A stretch of 64,000 nt of DNA, from the NCBI GenBank assembly GCA_036676455.1, contig JAKFCW010000116.1:67555-131554 (forward strand). Reading direction: 5' to 3'. This DNA comes from Candidatus Sericytochromatia bacterium (GTDB lineage Bacteria; Cyanobacteriota; Sericytochromatia; S15B-MN24; UBA4093). The position numbers and the translations under genes were made by a program. Shown here piece by piece: positions 18,325 through 27,563 of the stretch (the first letter of the stretch is position 1; every line of letters begins with the position of its first letter). Below the pieces are notes generated by a model. It searched no databases, had not been told where the DNA came from, and was given only the letters and a program-made list of their open reading frames with translations.

Positions 18325-20139
18325 ATGGAGGCGTTGCGCCGCAAATGGAAAGAGCTCAGCCTGGGGACCCAGTTTCGGGTCCTCTTCCTGCTGGCGTACG
18401 TCCCGGTACTGCTTTCCGGCAGCGCGCTGATGGTCTGGCTGTACGTGGAGGCCCGGCAGAGCTACTTCGAGCAGGCGGATCGGCACGCGCAGCTCGCCTA
18501 CACCAGTCTGGATCGCTGGTACGGCCAGCAGAAAGCCTTCCTGGAGCTTCTGTCGAGTGCTCCCGAGATCCGGGCGGGACCCCGTCGCGAGGCCTATGAC
18601 TTCCTGACCTGGATCGACCGAGGAACCGAGGGGTGGCAAGGGCTCACGTTGCTCGACGCGTCCGGCCGCGCCGTCTTGTCCACCTTCCAGCCGTACGGGA
18701 GTCCTCCGGTCGACATGAGCGACTTGCCGTTCGTGCAGCGCGCGCTGCAGACCGGCGAGCCGGCCATGTCCGGCTACTTCACGTCGCCGCTCAGCCACAC
18801 GCCGTCGCTCGTCCTGGCGTACCCGTTCGGGCAGGGAACCTCCCGGCAGGTCCTCATGCTCAACTACAATCCGCGCTACATCGCGGAGTTCTTCTCGGCG
18901 CCGATCTTCGAGGGACGGGTCGTGGTGACCATGGTGGACTCCACCGGCCGGCGGCTGGCCCGCCCGCAGATCGCAGGCCCACTGGGCGAGAAGCTCGTTT
19001 CTCCCGCCATGAGCTACATGCTCAGCCATTCCCAGGGCGAGCGGATCCTGCGCTGGAGCGACGGAACCAACCGGATCACGGCTTTCTACCGCTACGCGCC
19101 CACGGGCTGGACCGTCGTCGCGGGGATCCCCGTGGAGGCCTCCCTGGGGATGATCCGACGCATGCTGCTCGCCATCCTGGCCATCGGCATCGTCGGCTTC
19201 GGGTTCGTCTTCTGGCTGCTACAGGTCGGCATTCGCAAGGCGAGCCATCCCATCGCCCTCCTCGTGAACAACGCCCAGCGGATCGGCACCGGCGACCTGG
19301 GAGTGCGCGTCCCGCCCCTGCCCTCCCAGGAGCTCGACACGCTCGGCCGCACCTTCAACCAGATGGCCGAAGAGATCGAACGCTCCCACACCTCGCTCGA
19401 AGCGGACGTCGCGGCGCGCACCCAGGAACTGACCCAGGCCCTCTCGAAGCTCAAGACCCTCGACCAGCTCAAGGACACCTTTCTCTCGACCATCTCGCAC
19501 GAGATGAAGACCCCCTTGTCGCTCATCATCGGCTACACCGAGTTGCTCCAGGACAAGTATCCCTCCGAGGAGCTGCTCAAAGGCCTATTGGACGGCAGCC
19601 GGAGGCTGAGCACGCATATCAACAACATGCTCGACTACAGCGCATTGCTGGGAGATAGCCTGCCGCTCTACAAGACCGAGGTTTCGATCCCCGAGGTCGC
19701 CCGCAATGCCCTCGACATCATGGAAACCGAGTTCACCCTCGCGAACCTGCAGGTCGAGGCGCACCTGGACCCGGAGACGCCGCCGGTCTACGGGGACTCG
19801 CGGCGGATCACCCAGATCTTCATGGAGCTGCTCGACAACGCGCGCAAGTACACTCCCGCCGGAGGGCGCGTCGGGGTGAACGTCGCGCCCCATGACGGCG
19901 GCGTGCGGATCGAGGTCTGGGACACGGGCATGGGGATCCAGGAGGAGGATCGCGAGAGGATCTGGGAGGCGTTCGATCAACTCGCAAGCGGCGACGCGCT
20001 GCGGAAATGCGGGCTGGGGCTGGGACTCACGATCGTCAAGAAGCTCACCGAACTCCACCACGGCCGCGTCAGCGTGGACAGCCAACCCGGCCAGGGGAGT
20101 CGTTTCACCATCGACCTGCCGGCCGAAAGGCAAAGCTGA
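18325..20139 (+). CDS. Sensor histidine kinase (dCache-like periplasmic domain, HAMP, HisKA, HATPase_c)
   Basis: TM1, a periplasmic Cache-like region, TM2, a HAMP domain, an H-box (…FLSTISHEMKTPLS…), an N-box (…ELLDNARKYT…), a G1 box (…DTGMGI…) and a G2 box (…GLGLGLTIV…). Confidence 0.8.
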   Translation: MEALRRKWKELSLGTQFRVLFLLAYVPVLLSGSALMVWLYVEARQSYFEQADRHAQLAYTSLDRWYGQQKAFLELLSSAPEIRAGPRREAYDFLTWIDRGTEGWQGLTLLDASGRAVLSTFQPYGSPPVDMSDLPFVQRALQTGEPAMSGYFTSPLSHTPSLVLAYPFGQGTSRQVLMLNYNPRYIAEFFSAPIFEGRVVVTMVDSTGRRLARPQIAGPLGEKLVSPAMSYMLSHSQGERILRWSDGTNRITAFYRYAPTGWTVVAGIPVEASLGMIRRMLLAILAIGIVGFGFVFWLLQVGIRKASHPIALLVNNAQRIGTGDLGVRVPPLPSQELDTLGRTFNQMAEEIERSHTSLEADVAARTQELTQALSKLKTLDQLKDTFLSTISHEMKTPLSLIIGYTELLQDKYPSEELLKGLLDGSRRLSTHINNMLDYSALLGDSLPLYKTEVSIPEVARNALDIMETEFTLANLQVEAHLDPETPPVYGDSRRITQIFMELLDNARKYTPAGGRVGVNVAPHDGGVRIEVWDTGMGIQEEDRERIWEAFDQLASGDALRKCGLGLGLTIVKKLTELHHGRVSVDSQPGQGSRFTIDLPAERQS

Positions 20140-20142
20140 GAC

Positions 20143-20340
20143 TCAGGCGATTTCGCAGAGGGCGTCGAGCGGCACCATGGTGGGCTCCGAACCGCTCAGC
20201 GGCGAGAGGCGGGCCTCTCGCTCGCTGACGATGGTCACCGCCAATCGACAGGCCTCACAACAATAACCGAGCCACTTGGACGCCCGCGTAAGCTTCCCCT
20301 TGCATTGCGGGCAGGCATAGGTGCGAATCATAGTCTCCAC
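20143..20340 (-). CDS. Small zinc-ribbon-like protein (CxxC…CCxxC)
   Basis: 65 aa with two Cys pairs (CPQC…CCEAC), convergent with the kinase gene. Only modest coding signal. Confidence 0.3.
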   Translation of the reverse strand: METMIRTYACPQCKGKLTRASKWLGYCCEACRLAVTIVSEREARLSPLSGSEPTMVPLDALCEIA

Positions 20341-20446
20341 CCTCCCGGAACAACCCTATCAGATCCTGCACCTCCTATGCCCGAGAAATATTACGTCAAG
20401 ATGACGAAATATTCTCCCCCCCGTGAAAGCTCGGCGAGGCCGAGGC

Positions 20447-20857
20447 TCAGGGACGAACCTGCAAGCGGAAGTCCAGCGGGGCGGAGGTTCCGTTGGGTTG
20501 CATGGCCGTGAACTGGTAGGATCCGGGCGTCTTGGGGGTGAACGAACCGGTGGCGGTGAAGGGCGCGAGCATGTCGGCGTAGGCCTTGTCCTTCTCGCCG
20601 GTGGCGATCGCCTTGACCATGATGGTCTTGGTGTCGGCATGCTCGACGAACTCGACCCCGCGGAAGGTCAGGCCGGCCTGGGGAAACGCCCCCGAGACCG
20701 TGAGAACCAGCCTCTGGCCGACCTTGGCCGAGGCCGGGACGTCGAGATGATCGACGTAGCCGTAGGTCGTGAAGGTCTTGTCCTGGCTCGGGCTCATCCA
20801 GCCTCCCATGGCGACGAGGAAGGTCGCGATCGTTGCGGTGACAGTGTTGAAAAACAT
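20447..20857 (-). CDS. Secreted hypothetical protein (signal peptide)
   Basis: An internal ATG gives MFFNTVTATIATFLVAMGG… (signal peptide), followed by a beta-rich ~110-aa domain. The ORF track starts further upstream at 20965. Confidence 0.5.
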   Translation of the reverse strand: MFFNTVTATIATFLVAMGGWMSPSQDKTFTTYGYVDHLDVPASAKVGQRLVLTVSGAFPQAGLTFRGVEFVEHADTKTIMVKAIATGEKDKAYADMLAPFTATGSFTPKTPGSYQFTAMQPNGTSAPLDFRLQVRP

Positions 20858-20952
20858 GCCTGGCTCCTTGAATGAAGAGGGCGGGGCCCCTCTATGGTAC
20901 CTGAAATCCCGGCAGTCGACAGCTTGCTCCGCGCATGCTAGGATCCCCCCCC

Positions 20953-21456
20953 ATGACGACCTCACCCCCGACGCCGGTTCCCTGGCGACACGAAGACTTC
21001 ATGCGCCTCGCCCTCGACGAGGCGGCGCGCGCCGCGGCGCTCGGCGAGATCCCCGTCGGAGCCGTGCTGGTCCACGAAGGCGAAGTCGTGGCGCGCGCCC
21101 ATAACACGCGCGAAACCCAGCACGATCCGCTCGGGCACGCCGAGTTGACCGCCCTGCGCGAGGGCGCCCGACGCCTCGGACGCTGGCGCCTCAGCGGCTG
21201 CACCCTCTACGTCACCCTCGAACCCTGCCCCATGTGCGCGCCAGCCCTGGTGCAAGCCCGGGTGGACCGGATCGTCTTCGCCGCCATGGACCCCAAGCTG
21301 GGCGCCGCGGGCACCGTCTTAAACCTGGTCGACCGCCCGGAGTTCAACCACCGCCCCGACGTCATCGCCGGCATCTGCGAGGAAGAGGCCCAAAGCGCCT
21401 TGAAACGCTTCTTCGGGCGAAGGCGGGCCGGAGAAATCCCCGGGTGGGCCGAATAG
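20953..21456 (+). CDS. tadA: tRNA-specific adenosine deaminase TadA
   Basis: CDA zinc motifs HAELTAL and TLEPCPMCAPAL. The size is typical of TadA. Confidence 0.85.
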   Translation: MTTSPPTPVPWRHEDFMRLALDEAARAAALGEIPVGAVLVHEGEVVARAHNTRETQHDPLGHAELTALREGARRLGRWRLSGCTLYVTLEPCPMCAPALVQARVDRIVFAAMDPKLGAAGTVLNLVDRPEFNHRPDVIAGICEEEAQSALKRFFGRRRAGEIPGWAE

Positions 21457-21522
21457 GGGCTTGCGCTTAAGAAGGGCTTATGCTAATGTAAACCCTTGCG
21501 CGGTCGAAACACGACCCCGTTT

Positions 21523-21604
21523 GGAGGGTATCCGAATGGTGAGGAGGCGCACTCGAAATGCGTTGCCCCGTAAGGGGTTGGGGGTTCGAGTCCCCTGCCC
21601 TCCG
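21523..21604 (+). tRNA. tRNA-Ser (anticodon CGA), class II with long variable arm
   Basis: A hand fold gives a consistent class-II cloverleaf: acceptor GGAGGGT/GCCCTCC; anticodon stem GCGCA/TGCGT with loop CTCGAAA (anticodon CGA); variable-arm stem-loop GCCCC-GTAA-GGGG; T-arm GGGGG-TTCGAGT-CCCCT; discriminator G; CCA not encoded. The D-arm fold is slightly irregular. Confidence 0.7.
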
Positions 21605-21613
21605 CTCCCACCA
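21551..21613 (+). repeat. attL: 63-bp direct repeat (tRNA-Ser 3' half from the anticodon loop through the 3' end plus 9 bp)
   Basis: ACTCGAAATGCGTTGCCCCGTAAGGGGTTGGGGGTTCGAGTCCCCTGCCCTCCGCTCCCACCA recurs exactly at 31902-31964. Confidence 0.85.
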
Positions 21614-21619
21614 ACACTA

Positions 21620-21660
21620 GATTTGAGCCCCTTGACCGATTCGGTCAGGGGGCTCAAATC
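21620..21660 (+). terminator. Long hairpin after the tRNA (TTTGAGCCCCttgaccgattcggtcaGGGGGCTCAAA)
   Basis: Inverted repeat read directly. A structurally analogous but sequence-diverged hairpin follows the attR copy (31971-32010). Confidence 0.5.
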
Positions 21661-21696
21661 TTGGCGGTTGCAAACATTCTGCAAACATTCTCGTTT

Positions 21697-22875
21697 TCAC
21701 CCGCTCCGGGAATTAGTTCTGACGGCCTGGTAAGCGGCATCCAATAACTCCATGGCTTGCTCTTGCGCCCCCGGCATGAGGTGCCCGTAGACATCCATGG
21801 TCGTGGAAACCTTGGAGTGCCCGAGACGCTTGCTAACGGTGAGGGGATCGATCTTCAGGTTGATGAGCTGCGAGGCATGAGTGTGCCGGAGTTCATGAAG
21901 CCGGAGCGGCGGAAGGCCCGCCTTCTTGAGCAATGGCTTCAAGCACTTGGTGAGGGCCATGGGGTTACACGGCGTACCGTCTGAGCTAGCGAGGACCAAG
22001 CCATGGTCTTGGTAGCCTGGACCGAACATGAGCCTTTGGCGGGCTTGCTCGGCCCGGTGCTGCTTTAGTGCCTCGACGGCCATGGCGGGAAGCGAGATTG
22101 TCCGGCGACTCCCGGCGGTCTTTGGCTCCTTGAAGCGAAACCCTCCGGCCTTCGTGACCTCCACCGCCTGATGAACGGTGAGATACCGGCGAGTAAGGTC
22201 TAGGTCTTGCCAGCGAAGCGCCGCAAGTTCGCCCCTGCGGAGCCCCGTCGTGACCGCCAAGACGATCGCGGTGTAGTGGGGGGACTCCTTGGCGACCTCC
22301 AGGAGCTTGTCCGCGTCCTCCTGACTCAGTGCCCGCATTTCACGTTCAGAGGCCCGTGGCGGCGTCACATCATCGGCCGGGTTCCGAGGTAGCAAGCGCC
22401 ACGTGACCGCTTGCTGTAGAGCGCAACGGAGGACCCTGTGATGATACAGGACCGTACTGGAGGAGAGCCCTCCCTTGCCATCCCGGCGACCGGTCTTTAA
22501 CGCCTCCGCATAGTATTTCTGAATGTGCGCTGGGCGGAGTTTCTCCATTCTCAATTGACCGAGTTGCGGTATGAGATGGGTGTGGACGATCTCAGCATAT
22601 CGCTCATAAGTCTTGGGTTGGACGTTCAGTGCCGCGCAATCCCGAAGCCATCGAGTCAAGAAATCACCAAGAGTCTCCCGGCCAGGCTCTACGAATTGCC
22701 CTGTATGAAGTTCATGGAGAAGCCGTGCAAGTTCGCGTTCGGCGTCTCGCTTTGTCCCATCAAACTTGACCGTTACTTGATTTCGGCCGCCATCCGCCTT
22801 CCGCTCCCCGTCATAAATGATATGCCATTTGTTTTTGTTGTTCTTACCTCTGCGCTGTCTGATATGTCCCTTCAT
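21697..22875 (-). CDS. int: Tyrosine-type site-specific integrase (phage integrase family)
   Basis: 392 aa. N-terminal SAM-like and core-binding domains. C-terminal catalytic domain with R…HELRHTHAS…Y (…LHELRHTHASQLI…VYGHL…). Adjacent to the tRNA. Confidence 0.9.
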   Translation of the reverse strand: MKGHIRQRRGKNNKNKWHIIYDGERKADGGRNQVTVKFDGTKRDAERELARLLHELHTGQFVEPGRETLGDFLTRWLRDCAALNVQPKTYERYAEIVHTHLIPQLGQLRMEKLRPAHIQKYYAEALKTGRRDGKGGLSSSTVLYHHRVLRCALQQAVTWRLLPRNPADDVTPPRASEREMRALSQEDADKLLEVAKESPHYTAIVLAVTTGLRRGELAALRWQDLDLTRRYLTVHQAVEVTKAGGFRFKEPKTAGSRRTISLPAMAVEALKQHRAEQARQRLMFGPGYQDHGLVLASSDGTPCNPMALTKCLKPLLKKAGLPPLRLHELRHTHASQLINLKIDPLTVSKRLGHSKVSTTMDVYGHLMPGAQEQAMELLDAAYQAVRTNSRSG

Positions 22876-24005
22876 GTCTCCTCCTTGCCGAGCGCCTCAT
22901 TTCCAGCCTTTGATTTTCGCCAATTCGATTGGGCCACCGTCTTGGCGCAACGTCGGCTGCAATACTTCGCCCGCCATGCACTGGATGCAAACGGCAACTG
23001 ACAACGCGCACAGCGGTAGACCCGGTTGTTTTCCGAAAAATCCTGGAGCGCCATGTAGGCGTAGTTTGATAGAAGCGAAGGGCCCCAAAGATACTGCTTT
23101 AACGTGCCATCGGGTTCTTCCTTAAGGACCGGCGACACGCTAGCAGCCCATCGATTCATGTGTTCAAGGCCTCTCCTACCGAGAATGCTTGCCTGTGCTA
23201 ACTCCGGGGAATCAGTAGGTTCTCCCGAGGTTTGTAAATGCATCCACTTGGTGAGGGCATCATAGGCAACATAGAAGGCTTCTACGGCCTCCAGGAAGGC
23301 GCTCAGGGGCTCCCGATACGAGCGAGCGATCGGATCCTCGGCGGTAGGGACTCTCGTAGGTCGAACATCTGCTGCGAAAAATGGATCCCACTTCTCTTCC
23401 AGGCTGTACAGGACGATCTCTCCGCTGTCCAGGTACTCCCAGTGAACGCCGTGGGGGCGACCGCCTAGCATGCCTTCCCCTAGCATCTCTTGGAAATCAA
23501 CAGGCACGGCAGTGTTGATCCGAACCTGACCGTGAAGAACCCGAAGGTTGTCTTTCCGCCTCGGGTAGACAAGGCTTTGCGTAACGCGGCCGAGGGAGTA
23601 TTCCGGCATCAACGCATGGAGAGGATACGTTGGATGAATCTTGTCCTCGCCCCCGATGCTGGAACTCGCGTCCATGACGACAGGGAAACAGACTTCAAGG
23701 GCCGACTGATGAAGTAGACCAAGAAGTCCGTTCTGGGAGCACCACTGGATGATCCGTGTTTCGGCCCCTTGTCTCTTCACATCCCGGAAAAGTTCAAGGA
23801 GTGATTGGTAGGACGGCGCAATCGACGCATTGGCTTTCTTGCTTAGCCCGTCTTCCCTTGCTCCCCGGCGGGACCAAGTCTTGTCATAGTCTTGCCACGG
23901 ATCATACACACTCAGTTCAGCGTCCGGGGCCGGCCGGATATATCCTCCCTCGATGCAATAGCGGTCAAACTTCCACCAAGTCCCTTGCCAAAGTCGATTA
24001 CTCAT
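22872..24005 (-). CDS. Island hypothetical protein with a C-terminal zinc-ribbon (CxxC…CxxxC)
   Basis: About 377 aa. C-terminus …YRCARCQLPFASSAWRAKYCSRRCAKT…. The stop overlaps the integrase start (ATGA). Lower-GC gene. An alternative TTG start lies at 24017. Confidence 0.55.
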   Translation of the reverse strand: MSNRLWQGTWWKFDRYCIEGGYIRPAPDAELSVYDPWQDYDKTWSRRGAREDGLSKKANASIAPSYQSLLELFRDVKRQGAETRIIQWCSQNGLLGLLHQSALEVCFPVVMDASSSIGGEDKIHPTYPLHALMPEYSLGRVTQSLVYPRRKDNLRVLHGQVRINTAVPVDFQEMLGEGMLGGRPHGVHWEYLDSGEIVLYSLEEKWDPFFAADVRPTRVPTAEDPIARSYREPLSAFLEAVEAFYVAYDALTKWMHLQTSGEPTDSPELAQASILGRRGLEHMNRWAASVSPVLKEEPDGTLKQYLWGPSLLSNYAYMALQDFSENNRVYRCARCQLPFASSAWRAKYCSRRCAKTVAQSNWRKSKAGNEALGKEET

Positions 24006-24020
24006 TCTCGTCCTCAACTA

Positions 24021-24054
24021 TGTAGATATCAATTAGCTAGTTGAACGATCTACA
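24021..24054. promoter_or_regulatory. Inverted repeat TGTAGAT-N20-ATCTACA in the divergent promoter region, a candidate operator for the adjacent XRE regulator
   Basis: 7-bp perfect inverted repeat read directly. It lies between the divergently transcribed island genes. Confidence 0.35.
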
Positions 24055-24114
24055 AAGCAACCTTACCATTACCGTTGTAAAGGAACAAGCCCTACTTAAA
24101 GGAGGCATGTGGAA

Positions 24115-24339
24115 ATGGCAGGGGAAACGTTGAAAGGCTGGAGGGCAAAGCGGGGATGGTCTCAATCCAAACTGGCAAAAGAATCCGGCCTGCACACGAC
24201 AACAATCAGCTTGCTGGAGTCCGGGCGCCTGAAGCCTTACCGAGTTCAGGCACAGAAACTTGCGGTAGCCTTTGGCGTCACGGAGGAGGAGGTGACGGCA
24301 CTGCTCGGGGGAGTTCAAGCCAACGGGAGGTCTTCATGA
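24115..24339 (+). CDS. XRE-family helix-turn-helix transcriptional regulator
   Basis: …GWSQSKLAKESGLHTTTISLLESG… HTH_3 signature. RBS AAAGGAGG upstream. A GTG at 24109 is an alternative start. Confidence 0.7.
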   Translation: MAGETLKGWRAKRGWSQSKLAKESGLHTTTISLLESGRLKPYRVQAQKLAVAFGVTEEEVTALLGGVQANGRSS

Positions 24340-24596
24340 ACAAGGCACCGGCGGTCCTGACCGTGGCGGAAGTCGCACAACGCCTCCGGCTTGGGCGAAA
24401 CAGTGTCTACGAGGCCATCCGTCGCGGAGTGATCCCTTCTCTCCGTGTCGGCCGACGAATTGTTATCCCCGCGATCGCCTTTGACCGTTTTCTCGAAGGC
24501 GCCGCCTGGGTGGACGTTTATAGGGCCACCGAGCTTGACCGAAAAGGAGGTCCCGCATCAGTCCCCCTTTATGGGCGCCGAACCCTTGGCGGCTGA
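24336..24596 (+). CDS. xis: Excisionase/AlpA-like helix-turn-helix DNA-binding protein
   Basis: 86 aa. …LTVAEVAQRLRLGRNSVYEAIRRGVIPSLRVGRRIVIP… (MerR-superfamily excisionase fold). The start overlaps the upstream stop (ATGA). Confidence 0.6.
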   Translation: MNKAPAVLTVAEVAQRLRLGRNSVYEAIRRGVIPSLRVGRRIVIPAIAFDRFLEGAAWVDVYRATELDRKGGPASVPLYGRRTLGG

Positions 24597-24842
24597 GCGC
24601 TTAACATTTACACCCCCTCCGCATTAACCCCGTAGATTACGTGAGCATGCCCGCCTAGCCCTGTGCCTGGCGGGCTGACTCCAACCGCTCTTCCTGGGCC
24701 TAGCAAGGCAGGGGAAGAGAAGTGCCCGGGTGTCGGCTACTGCACTTTACAAACCTATCTCGCGGCGGAGTGCCTCATCATCCTGCGGGTCCCGGCGATC
24801 GATCCCGGGCATACGCCCAACGTGCCAACGGAGACCTCGACC

Positions 24843-26207
24843 ATGGCCCTAGACGATTCGTCGCTCAGCAGATCGGCGATCGCCAAGATAGTGGATGATC
24901 TGGAAGTCCCCCCGGATCTCGAAGAAGGCTGCCGTCTACTTGCTGGCTTGCTTGCCAAGCGTCATGCCGGCAAAGTCACTTGGCAGAGTTATGTTGGTTT
25001 CCAGGGTCCGGGTCTCCCATGTTACGTTAATGCCTTCGTCCAAGGCCCAGCCGGAGTTGTGTTGTCCGCGCTCCGCTCAGAGGATTCGAGCAACGACCAC
25101 CAAGCACATCTCCAGAGTCAGTTTTTCGCCCTCCGGCATGCCGCGGTTGGCGAACGTGCGGTTTGCGGCAAGTTGCTGGACATGAACGGAGTCGTTGCAA
25201 TTCTCAAACCACCCTCTGAGGGCGATGTATACGACCTCCAGATCCTGGTAGGACCCCGGCAAGGGTCCCCATTACAAACAAGCGCCGATGGAGTATACCG
25301 CCTGAAAGTTCGCCTGGAGTCCGCTCGAACCAACGGCCGGACGCGATACCTCCGGGTGTCCGGTGTACATGCCTATCCGGATCTCGCCAACCTTCTCAGG
25401 TCCCGGATGAAAATCGACAACGGCAACCCGATCCGACTCCATCGAGTAATCGCCGCTTTGGCCGGCGCAAACCTACATGCTCGTGGCAACCATGGGCAGG
25501 AACAGCAAATCCATGTCCATCATCTGAACGGGGTCGGATTCGATTGTCGCTGGGAAAATTTGACGCCGCTACCAAGTACGCGACACCGCCAGCAGCACAG
25601 GGCCTGGGCGATCGAGGTCGGCCTTCCGCTCGAATCTCAACTTGGGCCGCATGCGCCCGACCTGGGCCCGGGGGGTGGATCGCTGTACTGGGGTGAGTGG
25701 AATGACACATGGTTTAGGGACACGACGCATGCGCGTCACATCGACCGCCAAAGGGTTACGACGAAGCCGGCTTCATGGGGGTTCTTTGGATCCGCGAGCC
25801 GAAAAGACCGGCGCCGCAGCCTTGATCGGCTGGCGATCGCCATACATGCCCATGGCGGGTGCATGGCGGTGGACGACTTGGTTCATGCACTTTTGCTTTC
25901 GCCATGCGATTCCAAGTCCGGAATCAGAAAGGTAATCATCCAGGCGGTCTCGGCCGAACTTGTCGAGAGCTTCTTTGAGGGGCGACGCCAAACCCTTTTC
26001 TTGCGGGCCACCCTAGTCACAAGGTTTCGGCGTAGAGTCATTCTGAACCGGATGCTACGGATCAGGCAGTTGCGCCTCGCAAACGACCTGGAAAACGTGT
26101 CTCGGTGGTTCCATGGGAAATACTCCCGCCGAAAGATAGCTCCCTACCTTAGACGGGTATGGGCTGGCTTCAGGCCAGCCCAGTCGGTTACTCGAAGTTA
26201 CGAATAG
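24843..26207 (+). CDS. Island-encoded HNH-endonuclease-domain protein (large, otherwise uncharacterised)
   Basis: About 454 aa from ATG 24843 (GGAGA RBS). HNH-like motif …IHVHHLNGVGFDCRWENLTPLPSTRHRQQH…. No other recognisable domains. The ORF track extends upstream to 24663. Confidence 0.55.
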   Translation: MALDDSSLSRSAIAKIVDDLEVPPDLEEGCRLLAGLLAKRHAGKVTWQSYVGFQGPGLPCYVNAFVQGPAGVVLSALRSEDSSNDHQAHLQSQFFALRHAAVGERAVCGKLLDMNGVVAILKPPSEGDVYDLQILVGPRQGSPLQTSADGVYRLKVRLESARTNGRTRYLRVSGVHAYPDLANLLRSRMKIDNGNPIRLHRVIAALAGANLHARGNHGQEQQIHVHHLNGVGFDCRWENLTPLPSTRHRQQHRAWAIEVGLPLESQLGPHAPDLGPGGGSLYWGEWNDTWFRDTTHARHIDRQRVTTKPASWGFFGSASRKDRRRSLDRLAIAIHAHGGCMAVDDLVHALLLSPCDSKSGIRKVIIQAVSAELVESFFEGRRQTLFLRATLVTRFRRRVILNRMLRIRQLRLANDLENVSRWFHGKYSRRKIAPYLRRVWAGFRPAQSVTRSYE

Positions 26208-26214
26208 TTACAGG

Positions 26215-26595
26215 CTACTCGTTGAATTCTCTGATCAAGTCCGCCACAGCGTCAGGCACCGAGACACTCCGGTTCTTTGGGTTCCGATAGAACTTATCAA
26301 GTCGCCCGGAGAACGCCTTGCCCAGAGCCAGGATGTTTTGCTGGGTATTCTCATCCGACAGATCGATATCCAGTCCACCTGCACCGGCGATGAGCGCGAC
26401 GAAGGCCCCCGCACACTGCGGGCGATCCGCGGCCTTCATCCTGACCCAGTCCTTGCCGTCAATCCGGGAGTTCTTGTCTAAATCAAACTGGCGGTTCATT
26501 TCATCGGCAAGAGGATTTGCCAAAGCGGGGCCAGAGAGGCCGCTAATGACGATCGCCGTCGCAACCACAAGGGACAGGTATGTTGGTCGAAGCAC
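26215..26595 (-). CDS. Secreted EF-hand calcium-binding protein
   Basis: 126 aa. Signal peptide (…VVATAIVISGLSGPALA). Canonical EF loop DLDKNSRIDGKD. GTG start with AGGAGGAAAG RBS. Confidence 0.55.
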   Translation of the reverse strand: MLRPTYLSLVVATAIVISGLSGPALANPLADEMNRQFDLDKNSRIDGKDWVRMKAADRPQCAGAFVALIAGAGGLDIDLSDENTQQNILALGKAFSGRLDKFYRNPKNRSVSVPDAVADLIREFNE

Positions 26596-26603
26596 CTTTC
26601 CTC

Positions 26604-27554
26604 CTAGTAATTAAAGTTTGCGGAAGCCGGGTTTGCGGTTTGCCAATACATGGACCTTTCATCAAAACCCGACTTGCCCCCTTGGCGGTGGTAAACGTAG
26701 TTCCCCGCCCAAGTCTCCCACCCGACCCCCGGGACGTAGCCTAGCCACTGGCCGTCATTGTCCGAGTCCTCCCAGGCGAACAGGATCAACCCCAAGCACT
26801 CCTCCCCGGTATCCGGGATGGTGATCGAGTAGCGGCCGTTTTCATCCACCCTGGCGGTCGCTATGAGCGACGGCCGGGCAGGAGGAACGTTGTTGATGAA
26901 GTCATTCACCCGGGTCTCGAAGTTGAGACAGCCACTGATCTTGTAGACCCCGATCATGGGGTGGGTCGTGCTGCCGGACACCTGCCCCTTGAAGGAAAAA
27001 GGAGGTCGCACTCCACCGGTGGAACCGGAGTCATCTCCGGAGTCTCCGCCTGAGTTCGAGGGTGGGACTATCGGTGTCGGCGTAGGAGTCGTACACGGCT
27101 CCGGAGTCGGCATCGAACTGGTTGCCTCCAGCGGAAGCAGGGGTACTCCATCTCCGCCGGCATTGAAGTTCAGGGCGCCGCTTGCTGCTCCTCCACGACC
27201 GTCTGAGACGATGGCCTGGACGGTGACCACGTAGGCGGCGCTCCGGGTAGCCGTCGCACTCCAGACGACCTCATTCCCGATCGTTGAAGAAAGGATCCCT
27301 TGATTCACGGACCAGCTAACCCGGAGCGGGTCACAGTCAGGATCACTGGCAAGGAGGCGCAGGGTAGCGGATCCGGAGGCCGTTTCGAACCGATGGGCCG
27401 AAAGGGAATGCAGGATGGGATCCCGGTTCGATAGGGGGGATTCAGATCCTTGGCCGGGGGGAGTAGTGGTTCCCCCATGGTTAACGATTGTCGTACCTAC
27501 GCAGCCCCCCAGGACCGCCACTGAGGCCGCTAGGACCCATGGAAGGCCTCGCAT
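26604..27554 (-). CDS. Lipoprotein with Ig-like/PKD-like domain and a Pro/Thr-rich linker
   Basis: Signal peptide with lipobox (…VAVLGGC), …LRVSWSVNQG… beta-sandwich-like segment, a PTPEPCTTPTPTPIVPP linker and a C-terminal domain of unknown function. Confidence 0.55.
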   Translation of the reverse strand: MRGLPWVLAASVAVLGGCVGTTIVNHGGTTTPPGQGSESPLSNRDPILHSLSAHRFETASGSATLRLLASDPDCDPLRVSWSVNQGILSSTIGNEVVWSATATRSAAYVVTVQAIVSDGRGGAASGALNFNAGGDGVPLLPLEATSSMPTPEPCTTPTPTPIVPPSNSGGDSGDDSGSTGGVRPPFSFKGQVSGSTTHPMIGVYKISGCLNFETRVNDFINNVPPARPSLIATARVDENGRYSITIPDTGEECLGLILFAWEDSDNDGQWLGYVPGVGWETWAGNYVYHRQGGKSGFDERSMYWQTANPASANFNY

Positions 27555-27563
27555 TTCGGACGC

